A stretch of DNA of 64,000 bases from NCBI RefSeq assembly GCF_006345805.1, contig NW_021831835.1:295-64294 (forward strand), given 5' to 3'. Below the pieces are notes generated by a model. It saw nothing but the letters and a program-made list of their open reading frames with translations, made no database searches and was not told the DNA's origin. Source of the DNA: Octopus sinensis (Eukaryota). The position numbers were made by a program, and so were the translations under genes. Below are positions 38,601 to 51,812 of this stretch, in pieces (within the stretch, counting starts at the first letter, position 1; every line of letters begins with the position of its first letter).

Positions 38601-39534
38601 CAAAGATATGACTTTAAAATATTTAGGATCTTCTTTGTAATAAATAGAAAAGAATATTTCAGAAGTATATTCTGCGTATCTTGTCTGTTATTCTTAGATT
38701 TATAATTCAGATTTCTCAGCTCGCCGTGATTTAGGGTTTATCTCGAAATGATTGCCTCCCTTACAATAACTGCCGCCAGGGCACCTCCTGTACACTGTAG
38801 ATAATACGGTTAAAACTACGATAAGATTGTCCTCTCTAGAATGCATATGGCTTAGTAACATCGATAAGCTGAAAGGAGAAGCGTTACGTGATTGCACAAA
38901 TAGTAATTGTGGACACATATTCCTTAAACTAAACACTATCGTCATTACAAACGACAGATTAGATAATATCATCAAAAGTATGTTAAGCATGAATAACTAC
39001 CAATAGGTTGGTCGTGGCTGGAAAGCGTTTGATCAAAGATCTGTTCGAGCAGGTTCATCTGAGAATTAAGCAACAACAACAACAACAACAACAAAAATAA
39101 CGATAAAAATGATTTTTTATAAATTTACAAGTTAAACGATTTATGTACAATTTAACACAGCTACGTTCCCAGAGCTCTCGTGTATCAACAATTATGTATT
39201 AAGCGGGAAAACATCAATCGATATCTGAGCTGATAAAAGACTCTAGTTTAGCTGTAGCTAGTCTCACTTCTACTCATATATAATCATAAGAGAAAGAGAC
39301 CGACAGAGACAGCGACAGAGTGGAAATGATATACAGCTAACATACCAAACAACAAAGAGTAACATACTTTCACAGTGGTCCTGCGTTTTATTTGATCGTG
39401 GCTAAAAGACCTAGCTTCTCATAAGTAGGACCCACTCGCTGTGGTTTACCGTAAGCAGCGTCTTGTACTAAATCATTTTCATTAGATTCTAGTATTTAAT
39501 AACACTAATATCAAACGCCATGTACGTACATACA

Positions 39535-39865
39535 TGCATACATACATATATACATCACCGTGACCACCGTGATCGACCTGGCTATCAGATGCTTATACAC
39601 ATCGCTGGCCACAATGCGCTTCGCATTGTTTTAGCCTTCAAATGACGCCACCCTGCTGGCTAAGCGAGCAAGCCAGCAGAAGAAAGAGTGAAAGAAAGTT
39701 GTAGCGAAAGAGTACAGCAGGGATCGCCACCCACCCCCCTGCCGGAGACTGGTGGAGCTTTAGGTGTTTTCGCTCAATAAACACTCACAACGCCCGGTCT
39801 GGGAATCGAAACCGCGATCCTACAACCGCGAGTCCGCAGCCCTATCCACTGGGCCATTGCACCTC
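39535..39865 (-). mobile_element. SINE family C
   Basis: Minus head GAGGTGCAATGGCCCAGTGGATAGGGCTGCGGACTCGCGG...TTCGATTCCC. Confidence 0.8.
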
Positions 39866-39910
39866 ACATACATACACATGTACATACATACATACACACA
39901 CACACATACA

Positions 39911-39944
<34 letters not shown>

Positions 39945-40054
39945 CATACATACATGCATACACACACATACACACACACACATACATACACACACACATA
40001 CATACAGTTTTGATTGGGAACTACTACCTAGTATAAAAAAGATGTTCCTTCTCA

Positions 40055-40285
40055 AGCCATGCCAAGCTTATAAGGGCTGGTTTCCCGGTTTCAGTGGCGT
40101 AGAAAGTCTTCACCTGGAAGGGACGCCAGTCCGTCGCAGGATTACTCATTTTTGCCAGCGGAGCGGACAGGAACAACGTGAAATGGAGTGTTTTGCTCAA
40201 GAACACAACGTGTCCCCCGGTCCTGGACAATCTTACGATCATGAGTTCAACACTCTAGCCACTAAGCCACGCGCCTCCACAACTA
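40055..40285 (-). mobile_element. SINE family C-related variant
   Basis: tRNA-like head GGAGGCGCGTGGCTTAGTGGCTAGAG; body shared with 36185 and tail with 28285. Confidence 0.7.
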
Positions 40286-41269
40286 CTGTAGGAATCAAGA
40301 TAATATTTCGAAATGAAATTATTTGTAACAATCAGCCACAATGTTTAGTTAGCGATAATTTATGAAACGTTTGATAATCCGTCGGGAGTGAAGACGTCAA
40401 GTTGATCATTACGAATAATTTCATTTAAAATTATAACGTTTTTTTTTTTTAACTTCTAAGGGTTCACAAGACATCGAGAACAATACAGAACGATATAATG
40501 AGGGCTTACATAAAAGCGTAAAATAATAGTAATAAAGCAACAAAAATCTCAATCTTTATGAATTGTCGCATGAGATGGTGGCTGTTGTGGCCAGATCTGT
40601 TCGGTATAGCGCACAATTGCACATCACCAATCAAGTCATCAACGACAGTTTTGAAATCTGCGTTGGTCAGAGTTTTGGGGCCAAAACATACCAATGCGAT
40701 CCTCCTTGTCTGGGTCCGTTGTCAGTTGGTGCCACTTCTCCTTGAATCACAGAACGGGGGATTTTTCCCTTCTGTTGTCAGTTGCAGTAGTTATCTGGCA
40801 AGAGGTCTCCAAAACTAGTCTAGCATAGAAACATAAACTTCATAGGGCAGACCATTGAAATCAGACGATTTGACCCCGTGCAGTCTACCATCGTTCATGT
40901 ATCTTCGTGGTTGTCATCAGTTTTTCACAAGTCTACGCCACCCTTGCCGAAAGTCACAACAGTCAGTTGAGTTAGGCATTGAAATTCTTCATCCTGCCCT
41001 CTTATCCGCTACCCATTGTGATCCACCAAAGGCAGAATAAGTGGTTTTGTTGCTAAGTCAGCCTCCGACATTCGGGTTTATTAAATAGCTTTCATTCCTT
41101 CGTGATTTAGAGCAGCGCTCTAAATTTGGCAATGCAGCCTACGTACTTTGCCTTGAAGAATTAGCAAGTACTGATCTCTGTGCAAACACGTCCGTTGCAT
41201 TTCCGAAACGACTTCTAAACATTTGTCTCCCTAATGTTCGCTATATATATATGTATGTATGTACGTTTG

Positions 41270-41305
<36 letters not shown>

Positions 41306-42702
41306 TGTATGTATGTATGTATGTATGTATGTATGTATGTATGTATGTGTGTATGTATTTATGTGTATACATATACACACCTACGTATGTTTGTGTGCAT
41401 ATGTATCCATACACACACATACGCACAATTGTAAGCGTTTGAGTTTGAATATAACTATTTAATAGGCTGTTGTTAAGTTTCAAGGTCCACGATGGCCTTC
41501 CCATCTTTTATTGAGAAGTAATGTATCCACTGTGTCATAGTTTATCTAATGCATCATATCCAATGCGTCCTGCCATATTTAACACCATATGTATTGCCGT
41601 ATTTCTTGACCGTAATGAAATCCTTTAGTAAATCGGCTAAGTTGTTATCTACCGATACAATATTTCACAATGGTAAATCTATCCAGAAAACTATTGGAAA
41701 TACAGCAGCAAAACTAAGACAAGAAAGTCTACATAGTTCCCAATCCTAATTTCCTTTCCACAAATGCCAGCATTTTATATAAACGATCGGAAATGTCTAC
41801 ATTGCTTCTAAATGTCAAACCATTCTACCGATTTCCTTTTGATCTTTCGTATTCTATTCCTTGCAATGTAGAATTGAAGAGAGATTCTTTACCCTTGTCT
41901 CTTGAATTGGAACATATCAAAGGCAGGAAGAAAGCGAGAAAGACAGAAGGAAAGAAGGAAACAAAAGAGGAAAGGAAAGAAAGGTGGGAAGAAAGGAAGA
42001 AGAGATTTTGAAAGAAAGAACGAAAGAAAGAATTAGAGGGAAAAGTGAAAGCCAATGGGATGTTATGCAGGTGGATTCGACAGAATAAACAGCTACAGGT
42101 GAAAAGGCTTCGGTGAAAGATGAACATTTATCAGGTATCACGGTTTCAGTTGAAAAGGTTAGGATATAAGGCGTTATCATGAAATCATGACGATAACATT
42201 CGAGAAATTACGAGAAACATTTTGAGAAATCGTTGTTTTCTCTATGTGATTTATTTTCTATGTGTGGGTTGAATAAACTGTGTAGATAGATGGCAGAGAT
42301 GGCTTACGTAACAGATACACAAGCTGAGAACGATAGAGAGTAAAAAAATAACAACATTGAGTCAGTCGCTAGTAACACACGTGGACAGAGAGACAAAGAG
42401 AGAAATGATATATACGGGAAAGAGGAAACAGAGAGGAAAGGCAGAGAGAATGAATCAATGGAAAATAGATCAATACACACGCATATATGTATAAATAGAC
42501 ATACACATATAGGACTTCCTCAGTTTTATTGATTAAGAGGAGTATGGTCTACACGTTGGTACCGAAAGTTTATTAAATCGAAGGCAAATAGGCTAATATG
42601 AAGCAGATGCGGTTGTTTATGCCGAAATTTTGTTACATTAAAGCTAGCCTAGAGATTATTTAATATTGCTGTTATTGTAGAAAGAAAAAAGTTTTCATAC
42701 GC

Positions 42703-43092
42703 AGGAGTGGCTGTGTGGTAAGTAGCTTGTTTACCAACCACATGGTTCCGGGTTCAGTCCCACTGCGTGGCACCTTGGGCAAGTGCCTTCTACTATAGCC
42801 TCGGGCCGACCAAAGCCTTGTGAGTGGATTTGGTAGACGGAAACTGAAAGAAGCCCGTCGTATATATGTATATATGTATGCGTGTGTGTGTTTGTGTGTC
42901 TGTGTTTGTCCCCTAGCATTGCTTGACAACCGATGCTGGTGTGTTTATGACCCCGTCACTTAGCGGTTCGGCAAAAGAAAACGATAGAATAAGTACTGGG
43001 CTTACAAAGAATAAGTGTCGGGGTCGAGTTGGTCGATTAAATGCGGTGCTCCAGCATGGCCGCAGTCAAATGATTGAAACAAGTAAAAGAGT
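42703..43092 (+). mobile_element. SINE family A, full length
   Basis: Head with GGGTTCAGTCCC, body and tail intact. Confidence 0.9.
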
Positions 43093-43713
43093 AAAGAGAG
43101 AGAGTACTAGTGCACAATATAAAATGACACTACTGTAAGTATGTATAAGTTTTATTTACTACAACTATAGGTATGGAGTTAGTACAGCACGGTAGTCGCG
43201 GTACACTAGTCATTATTCAATGTCTGAAGGTAGAATTGGAGTTGAATCTACGATATTCTGCCTCTTCCCGAAATGTTTACAATTGAAGTTACTGGAGATC
43301 AAATAAGGATGGATGTCACTGAAATTAGCTTAAAGAAATTTTCAGACGTCTGCCACGAAATCATGTGTATGTACCCACGTATATCTGGCGCCATGGATCT
43401 CGTGATTAAGAAATGTGTGTGTGTGTGTATGTGTCATTGTTATTATGTTTAACTGTCGTATGTTCAAATTTGGCCAAATGCGTTTTTCCTTCAATATTTA
43501 TTTTTGCTTGCAATAGCCGGTTATTTTGGTCAAACTATCATACCTTCAGCTGCTTCAGATATCAAGATATCAAAGATTGTCAAAATGTATTACAACAGTT
43601 TTGCTATGGAATCGTGAAACTTCTCTCGTTTCCTGATAAAGCAACGTTTTGTACTTACGACACTTTTGCATAATTGTGTCTGGGGAGAGTCAAAAACGAA
43701 ATATATATATATA

Positions 43714-43935
43714 GTCTTTTACTCTTTTACTTGTTTCAGCCATTTGACTGCAACCATGCTGAACCACCGCCTTTTAGTCGAGCAAATCGACCCCAGGGCT
43801 TATTCATTCTTTGTAAGCCTAGAACTTATTCTATCGGTCTCTTTTGCTGAACTGCTAAGTTATAGGGGACGTAAACACACTAACATCGGTTGTCAATCGA
43901 CTGTGGAGGGGTACAAACACAGAAACACAAACACA
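43714..43935 (-). mobile_element. SINE family A, 3' half
   Basis: Reverse complement of family A tail. Confidence 0.8.
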
Positions 43936-44164
43936 CACACAAACCACAGACAAGCAATTTATAAAGAAATAAAAGATACTCTATGGCGTTGGGTATAGTT
44001 TTTCACAACTCTCTGTAACCAAAAAGACGCAACATCAGTTCGGAATCGATAAATATAATAATCGAACAAGGCCGGTGGATTGGCATATTGCGATTGTGAA
44101 AGATGAAAGGCAAAGTTGATATCGGCAGTGTTTGAACTCAGAGCGCCGCTATATTATATATTCT

Positions 44165-44200
<36 letters not shown>

Positions 44201-44459
44201 ACACAGGTATATATATATATATATATACGTATATGTCAGTGTGTGAGGGTGTATGTGTATGTATGCATGAAATTAGATATATGACAAAGGAACCGGAAAT
44301 TATGCAATTCAGAAGCACAAGGATATTGAGTTCCAACCCCAGGTTATTAGTGTCGCCAAGCCCAAGTGCCAAAATTAATATGTACGTGTGTGTGTGTGTG
44401 TGTAATATATATATATAATAAATATGCATAACACATATAATATATATATATATATATAC

Positions 44460-44769
<310 letters not shown>

Positions 44770-44772
44770 CAG

Positions 44773-45128
44773 CAACCACATGGTTCCGGGTTTACCCCCA
44801 TTGCGTGGCACCTTGGGCAAGTGTCTTCTGCTATGGCATCGGGCCGACCAAAACCTTGTGAATGGATTTGGTAGACGGAAGCCGTCGTATATATGTATAT
44901 CTATATATGTGTGCGTATGTGTTTGTGTGTCTGTGTTTGTACCCCTCCACAGTCGATTGACAACCGATGCTAGTGTGTTTACGTCCCCTATACCTTAGCA
45001 GTTCAGCAAAAGAGACCGATAGAATAAGTACTAGGCTTACAAAGAATAAGTCCTGGGGTCGATGTACTCGACTAAAGGCGTTGCTGAAGCATGGCCGTAG
45101 ACAAATGACTAAAACAAGTAAAAGAATA
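44773..45128 (+). mobile_element. SINE family A lacking 5' part of head
   Basis: Starts at CAACCACATGGTTCCGGG. Confidence 0.85.
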
Positions 45129-45169
45129 AAAGGATTGAATATATGTGCGTGTATGCATATATGTATATA

Positions 45170-45470
<301 letters not shown>

Positions 45471-45551
45471 TCTTTATTGGCCACACAGGGCTGCACACAG
45501 AGATAGATAGATAGATACAGATATATGCATACATAGAAACATATACATGTA

Positions 45552-46839
45552 CGAGGGACGCTCAATAAGTAATGCCCCTGACCCACTTGCAGTTGTTTGA
45601 TCTAGCTGAAATTTTGCATGTGCACTTATTCATATCTCTACACATTAAGTAGTAAATTACAGCTCTGTACTAATTGTGGTTTCTGATTTACAGATGTTTG
45701 AACTGAGTCAAGTGTGAAATGGAGCCTGTTGAGTGTCGAGCAGTGATCCAGTTTTTGTATTTGAAAGGAGGCACACCACGGGAGACTTTTGATGAAATGA
45801 AAGTAACTTATGGTGATGATGCCCCATCATATGACCTTGTAAAACGCTGGCATCATGAATTCAAACATGGAACTCTGTGGAAACAGCTCCCAGATCTGTT
45901 CGCCCCCCTTCTGCTATTGATGAGGCATTTGTCCGTCAAGTTGAGGCTGCCATTTTGGAAGATCGACGCATAACTATTCGCCAAATAGCCCATGAGGTCA
46001 AGATTAGTACCGGATCTGTGGAAACTATCATTCATGACCATTTGCATATGCAAAAGGTGTCTGCCAGATGGATTCCCAGGTTGCTCACGCCTTTCCAGAA
46101 GCAAGAACGCGTCGAGTGATCGAGGATGAATTTGGAGATGTGCCAAGAAGATGAGTCAAAATTTTTCAAAAGACTAATTACACAGGATGAAACCTGGGTC
46201 CATCACTATGATCCAGAGACCAAAGCCCGGTCAATGCAGTGGAATTACCGTGACTCATCTCCTCCAAAGAAGGCAAGGGTGCAGCCCTCCGCTCGCAAGG
46301 TCATGCTCACAGTCTTCTGGGACCAGGACGGAGTAGTGATGACAGATTTCCTGACAAAGGGTACCACAATTACAGGAGCCTATTATGCTTCACTTCTGAG
46401 GAAATCAAGAGAAGCTATCAAAATCAAGAGGCGGGGCAAGATCAGCAAAGGCATCCTCCTCCTTCAGGATAACGCCCCGGTCCACAACTCGCGTGTCGCC
46501 AGATCAGAAGCACAGGCGTGCTGCTATGAAATCCTCCCCCATCCCCCTACTCTCCTGACCTTGCACCCTCTCATTTTCGCCTCTTCCCAGCCATGAAGTT
46601 GTTTTTGAAAGGAAAGCGTTTCCCAGATGATGCAGCCTTGATTTCTGAAGTCACGTCGTGGTTGGAGGACCAAGCTGGGGTCTTCTACAAAAACGGTCTC
46701 CAGAGCTGCATCAAACGATGGGAGAAATGCGTAACTCTGGGTGCTTCCTATGTAGAAAAGGACTTATTAATGTGCCAAGTTTCGTTGGTCTACTGTTATG
46801 GGAAGTGGGTCAGGGGCATTACTTATTGAACGCCCCTCG
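45552..46839 (+). mobile_element. Full-length mariner element (1288 bp), 36-bp TIRs, TA TSD
   Basis: CGAGGGACGCTCAATAAGTAATGCCCCTGACCCACT versus reverse complement of right end, 2 mismatches; TA on both sides. Confidence 0.95.
45719..46772 (+). pseudogene. mariner DD34D-type transposase pseudogene
   Basis: MEPVECRAVIQFL..., WIPRLL, ITQDETWVHHYDPE, VFWDQDG, QDNAPVH; broken by frameshifts and a stop at 46117-46119. Confidence 0.9.
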
Positions 46840-46974
46840 TATATAATATATAGTAAGTATATATAAAAAAATTGTGCTGGCATTCGTGTGTGTGTGTATC
46901 TCTGTATGTGTGTATGTCTATGTGGTGTGTGTGTGCCTGCGTATAATATATATATGTAAAATATTTATGTACAT

Positions 46975-47023
<49 letters not shown>

Positions 47024-48299
47024 ATATAGATAGATTGATACACACATACATACATATATACATGCATACACATATACATACATACACATGTACATAACGT
47101 GTAGTAAGTATATATATATATATAGAAAAAACGTGTGTGGGCATTTATGTAATATCTGTGTGTGTGTATGTGTGTGTGTGCGTTTATTTACATACATATC
47201 ATGTGAATACGTTTCATACATATGTCAATACATACGTACATGCACATTATACCCACTAATATCTATGAATATATATCTATCAAATATACGTGTGTAATTT
47301 TGTGTGCTTCTCTGTCAATATATGTATTCGTTTATATATTTATATACATACTTATTTACTTATTATACGTCGCTATACGTATCTATGAAAATTATTTTCC
47401 TACTCACGGGCAAATTCACACGTCAGACATTTTATCCTTTTGGACAGCAGTCTCAATATATAGCCGCTAACATCAGCACCATTGTCAAAACGTCTAGTTA
47501 TCATTAATTCGTAATAGCTTAAACAAAGTAAGGCAACACATGCAGACAATGTATCAAAATATAATATATACTAAATCACTCAAATCACGAAGCTGAAAGA
47601 AAACCAATGAGAAAACTATTGAAGATTATTACTAAAACAAAATGGCATGATTATTCATGTTATTTTCTCGCCAATTGACAAAACATCAAAGGCGTTAAGT
47701 TGCTTTATTTTGACATCAAACTAAAGACTATCAATTTTCACTGCGTTTTGTCTTTGAGTTAAGACTCCGATGTGTCATGATGCATTAAGCTATCATTTAT
47801 ACCAAATGTTTATAAAGATTATGCTTTGCGTTATATTTTTATCTCATAAAAATGTATAGACAAGACGTTGGTAAGATCTGTGAAGCAGAATCTGTTGGAG
47901 CGGGGTGGGAGGGGGGGCGAGGTCATGGAACATCAGAACGGAATGAATACATGCTCCCGTCGTTTCGTTTAGTTTCGATTCGAGTTCTTGTCTGCACATG
48001 CGTATGATTGCAAGCATGCATGCATGCCGGCATGCTTGAATGTACGTATGTGTGTATGTATGCATGCATGTATGTATGTATGTATGTATGTATGTATGTA
48101 TGTATGGATGGATGGATGGATGTATGAATGGATGTATGTATGTATGGATAGATGGTGGATGGATGGATGGATGGATGGATGGATGGATTGATGGATGGAT
48201 GGATGGATGGATGGATGGATGGATGGATGATGGATGGATGAACGTGTGAAGTTATGTATTTATCTCTATCTCTTTTAGTATACGTGTCGTTGCATATAC

Positions 48300-48334
<35 letters not shown>

Positions 48335-48344
48335 TGTATGTATG

Positions 48345-48375
<31 letters not shown>

Positions 48376-48481
48376 TAGCGACAGGAGCAGTACTAATACC
48401 AAAAAGTTATATTTACGTACCGCAGTATTGTGTGCTTTAATACAACATCCACCTTTAAGTGGGGATAATATCACCTTATAT

Positions 48482-48516
<35 letters not shown>

Positions 48517-48940
48517 CCTCTTTATTTATGTTGCTCGTCAGTATCTATTATACGTTCAGAGATAGTTTTGATATTACGACATACAACATCACTTTTATTC
48601 AGGTTATTTCTACTCTCTTTCTCCAGCCTTAAATCCTTCTATGTATTTCGTTTGTAAATTAATAATCTACTTGATGTTGCATCTAATCAACCGCAGTTCT
48701 CCATAATCTCCCGCTTATTTGCACAATCTTCATACAAGCTAGTCACATTATGCAAGCTAGATTAGTACTACTTCAATGAAACAATAAACTTAAAACATCG
48801 AATGAAGTCTGGAGATAATAGTCTCATTAACCATGACAACAATATTACTACTACGAATACGCCCTAGTCATTTTATATAACCTTCAACGCCGTTTCATTT
48901 CTTAATCTTTACACAGCTGTAATTTATTTCCCCATTTTTA

Positions 48941-49150
48941 GGGCGGTGAGCTGGCAGAATCATTAGCACGCCGTGCAAAATACTCAGTGACATTTCGTCT
49001 GGCTTTACATTTCGAGTTCAAATTCCACCCAGATCGACTTTGCATTTCATTATTTCGGGGCCCCTAACATAAATAGAAATCTTGCACTAGGACCGATGTC
49101 TTATACCCATCACCGTAATTATTGGCCTTGTACCAATATTTGGAACCAAT
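48941..49150 (+). mobile_element. SINE family B, diverged
   Basis: GGGCGGTGAGCTGGCAGAAT...GAGTTCAAATTCC. Confidence 0.75.
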
Positions 49151-50620
49151 ATTACCAACATCAAAATAAATTCTTATATATCTCAGACAGCGCTATTTAT
49201 TTCACACACGAACATCCTAGACAAGTATCTGAATGATGTTCATATATCCGATTGGTTCATACTCACCAGCATGTTATAACACCTGTCTTATTGTTGTACC
49301 GTGCCTTCCTTCAGTCATTTCCACCCGTATTATATGAATCATTTTGTAGATGTTAAATTTGGAAGTCAACCTGAACGGGATTCATACAGCGATAACATCT
49401 TACACAAATGTTCTCAAAGCCTGTGGGTAGCTGTGAGTACACAATTTTGACAAATGCCGTTGAGGTCCAAATGCATTTGACATTCTCATTTGCCACTGCT
49501 TGGACGAATTTCATCTTCATGCGACATATCTGGTACTTTTAAACACAGCACCTACTGATAAAATGTCATATCGGGACGAATGCCACAGTAAAAGGGCCTA
49601 TTAACAATGTATGTACATTGAAAAATTGCCACGAAATTTTGGGAGACGGTTTAAGATCAATATAATTTACCGTAAGATGATTGGTTCGAGATATTTAACT
49701 GTAATCTGTTATTTTAAGGAGTCTCGGAGACACCACCGTTACCTGATTTAATCGATTCTGTATTTGCTTGGCTTTGTCTTTACTTTATCACTTAGGAAAT
49801 ATGGGGGGGGGGGGGTTATTAGCCTCGATAGAAATTGAAATTACAACACAAAATATTGAAATTAAAGCAGTGCTAATAACGTAAACATTATCGATGACGT
49901 ATTCAGCATGTATGTGTTTTATTTATACACCCATTAGCTGCGGTATAGCGTCGTGGAAAACATCCCTCGGCGTCGTGAATGGACGTTTGGTAGGACGTTA
50001 TCGTGCAGTTAATGGGTGTATGAACAAAACAAACAACGAATGCGTCATTTTTAATGTTTTCAAATAATTGGAATTTGAGCACCACAAGACATTTTGTCAG
50101 GCGCTCTGACAATTCCACCTATCCAAACCGATGTAATAAAATGAATATATTAATTTGCAAGGAGGACTAAATTAAGCATTGCAAATTAATGACGCACACG
50201 TTAATTATACAGTACACTTGCTGTTTACTGTGGCGATATTCACATAATACATTCTACATAGATGTAGAATGGGAAGGTACGATTAATAATTTCGGCCTAC
50301 AATATTGCTCTGTGCCGCCAGTAAAGAGATACAATTGTGCTCTCAGCAACTTATTTTTGATATTCAATCAACTGAGATATCTGAAATCCATATTTGAATA
50401 TAAATTTAAGCAATTTGGAAAATTTGACTTTAATTTCCTGATAGCTTTTCTGAACGGAAACATAACAAAATTAGGTCTTTAGAAATTAAAAAATAATTAA
50501 TATTCATTCAAATGTAGCTGTCTATTAGTTTGTATTGGATTTATTATAATTACAAGTTATCATTTTATTCTAAATGGAATTTCAAAAATTAATAATAATA
50601 ATAATATAATAATAATAATA

Positions 50621-50657
<37 letters not shown>

Positions 50658-50914
50658 CTCCATATTCAGAAATGAAATGCTAATATAGAATAGCGTTATT
50701 ATCCTATAACCAGTAATTTCTACAAACGTCCATATAGTGGTGCGAAATTAATTAGTTTGTGGATGCGATGAAGAAAACCTCTACTCATTATTTGTAACAA
50801 ATTGAGAGATGATGAAAAGCAGTGTCGGCAAAGCGTGGGAGAAAATACAAGTTGTATATCAATACGTCTCTTTACAACCTGAGTTCGAATCCTATCGAAG
50901 ATGAATTCACGTAT

Positions 50915-51130
50915 ATAAGGCGACGAAGCTGGTAGAATCGTTAGCGCACCGAAAAAAAAAACAACAAAAGAATGCTTCGCGGCATTTCTTCTGTCTTTAT
51001 GTTCTGAGTTCAAATTCCGCCGAGATCGAATCTGCTTTTTATCCTCTCGGAATCAATGAAATTAGCACCAGTTAAGTACTGGGTTCGATGTGGACGACTT
51101 TTCGCCTCCTCTGAAAAACTGCTAGCCATG
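50915..51130 (+). mobile_element. SINE family B, diverged
   Basis: GGCGACGAAGCTGGTAGAATCGTTAGC...GAGTTCAAATTCCGCCGAG. Confidence 0.75.
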
Positions 51131-51610
51131 TAACCATTATCTTGAATATCTGCCTGATAAACGAATATTATATAATGCATTCAGAGTAAATTTATGGCAT
51201 TGTGTTAATATAGGAATTTTACCGTTGTTGATAATCAAACCCAGTTTGGTAGGCAGATAAGAAAAGGAATTTACAAAACGTGACCATCACTATGTTTTCA
51301 TGTATTGTGCACTTAGAACTGCATTAGCAAAAATCGCATCCTTCACTTAAATCAGTGTATTTGAGGTACATTTGGTTGCTATTTGTAGCATATCAAACAA
51401 CCTTATTCATTGCATTAAAGACGAACTTTTATCCCGGCACGTTAAAATTATAATTTCTGTAACACACCTGTAATGATAGTGCCAAATATGAACAAGTATT
51501 TTGGTTTTGTGTAAATGCTTATACATAACCCTTTTATAACCTGATATTGCAAAAAGATTATTTTTTCATTTGTTTCATCATTTGTTCCGTAAAACCTGCT
51601 GCAGGATATG

Positions 51611-51812
51611 CATGGTTTCCGCAGCGGCAGGGACTACGTAACACAGCTCCTGCATCACTTTAATTATATCCTATAAGCTCTAGGAGATGGCTCCAATAAG
51701 GTTGCCTTCAACCTGAATTTCAGCTAGGCAAGGTTGCCTATCGCATGCTGTTAAAGAAGCTATCGAACATTGGAATCCGAGTGAAGCTATTAAAGTGAAT
51801 TGAACGTTTGAC
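51611..51812 (+). pseudogene. CR1/L2-type LINE reverse transcriptase fragment
   Basis: HGFRSGRDYVTQLLHH...LNFS*A...KVAYRMLLKKLSNIGIRVKLLK*I aligns by eye to HGFRxGRSCxTQL...YLDFSKAFDKVPH..LL.KL...GI.GKLLxWI. Confidence 0.7.

Noticed and set aside
40506-40818. Overlapping 60-86 aa ORFs in non-repetitive DNA
   Set aside because: No recognisable domain or convincing splice signals
43273-43452. 59-codon frame faintly like a hAT dimerisation region
   Set aside because: Similarity limited to YP; runs into (TG)n
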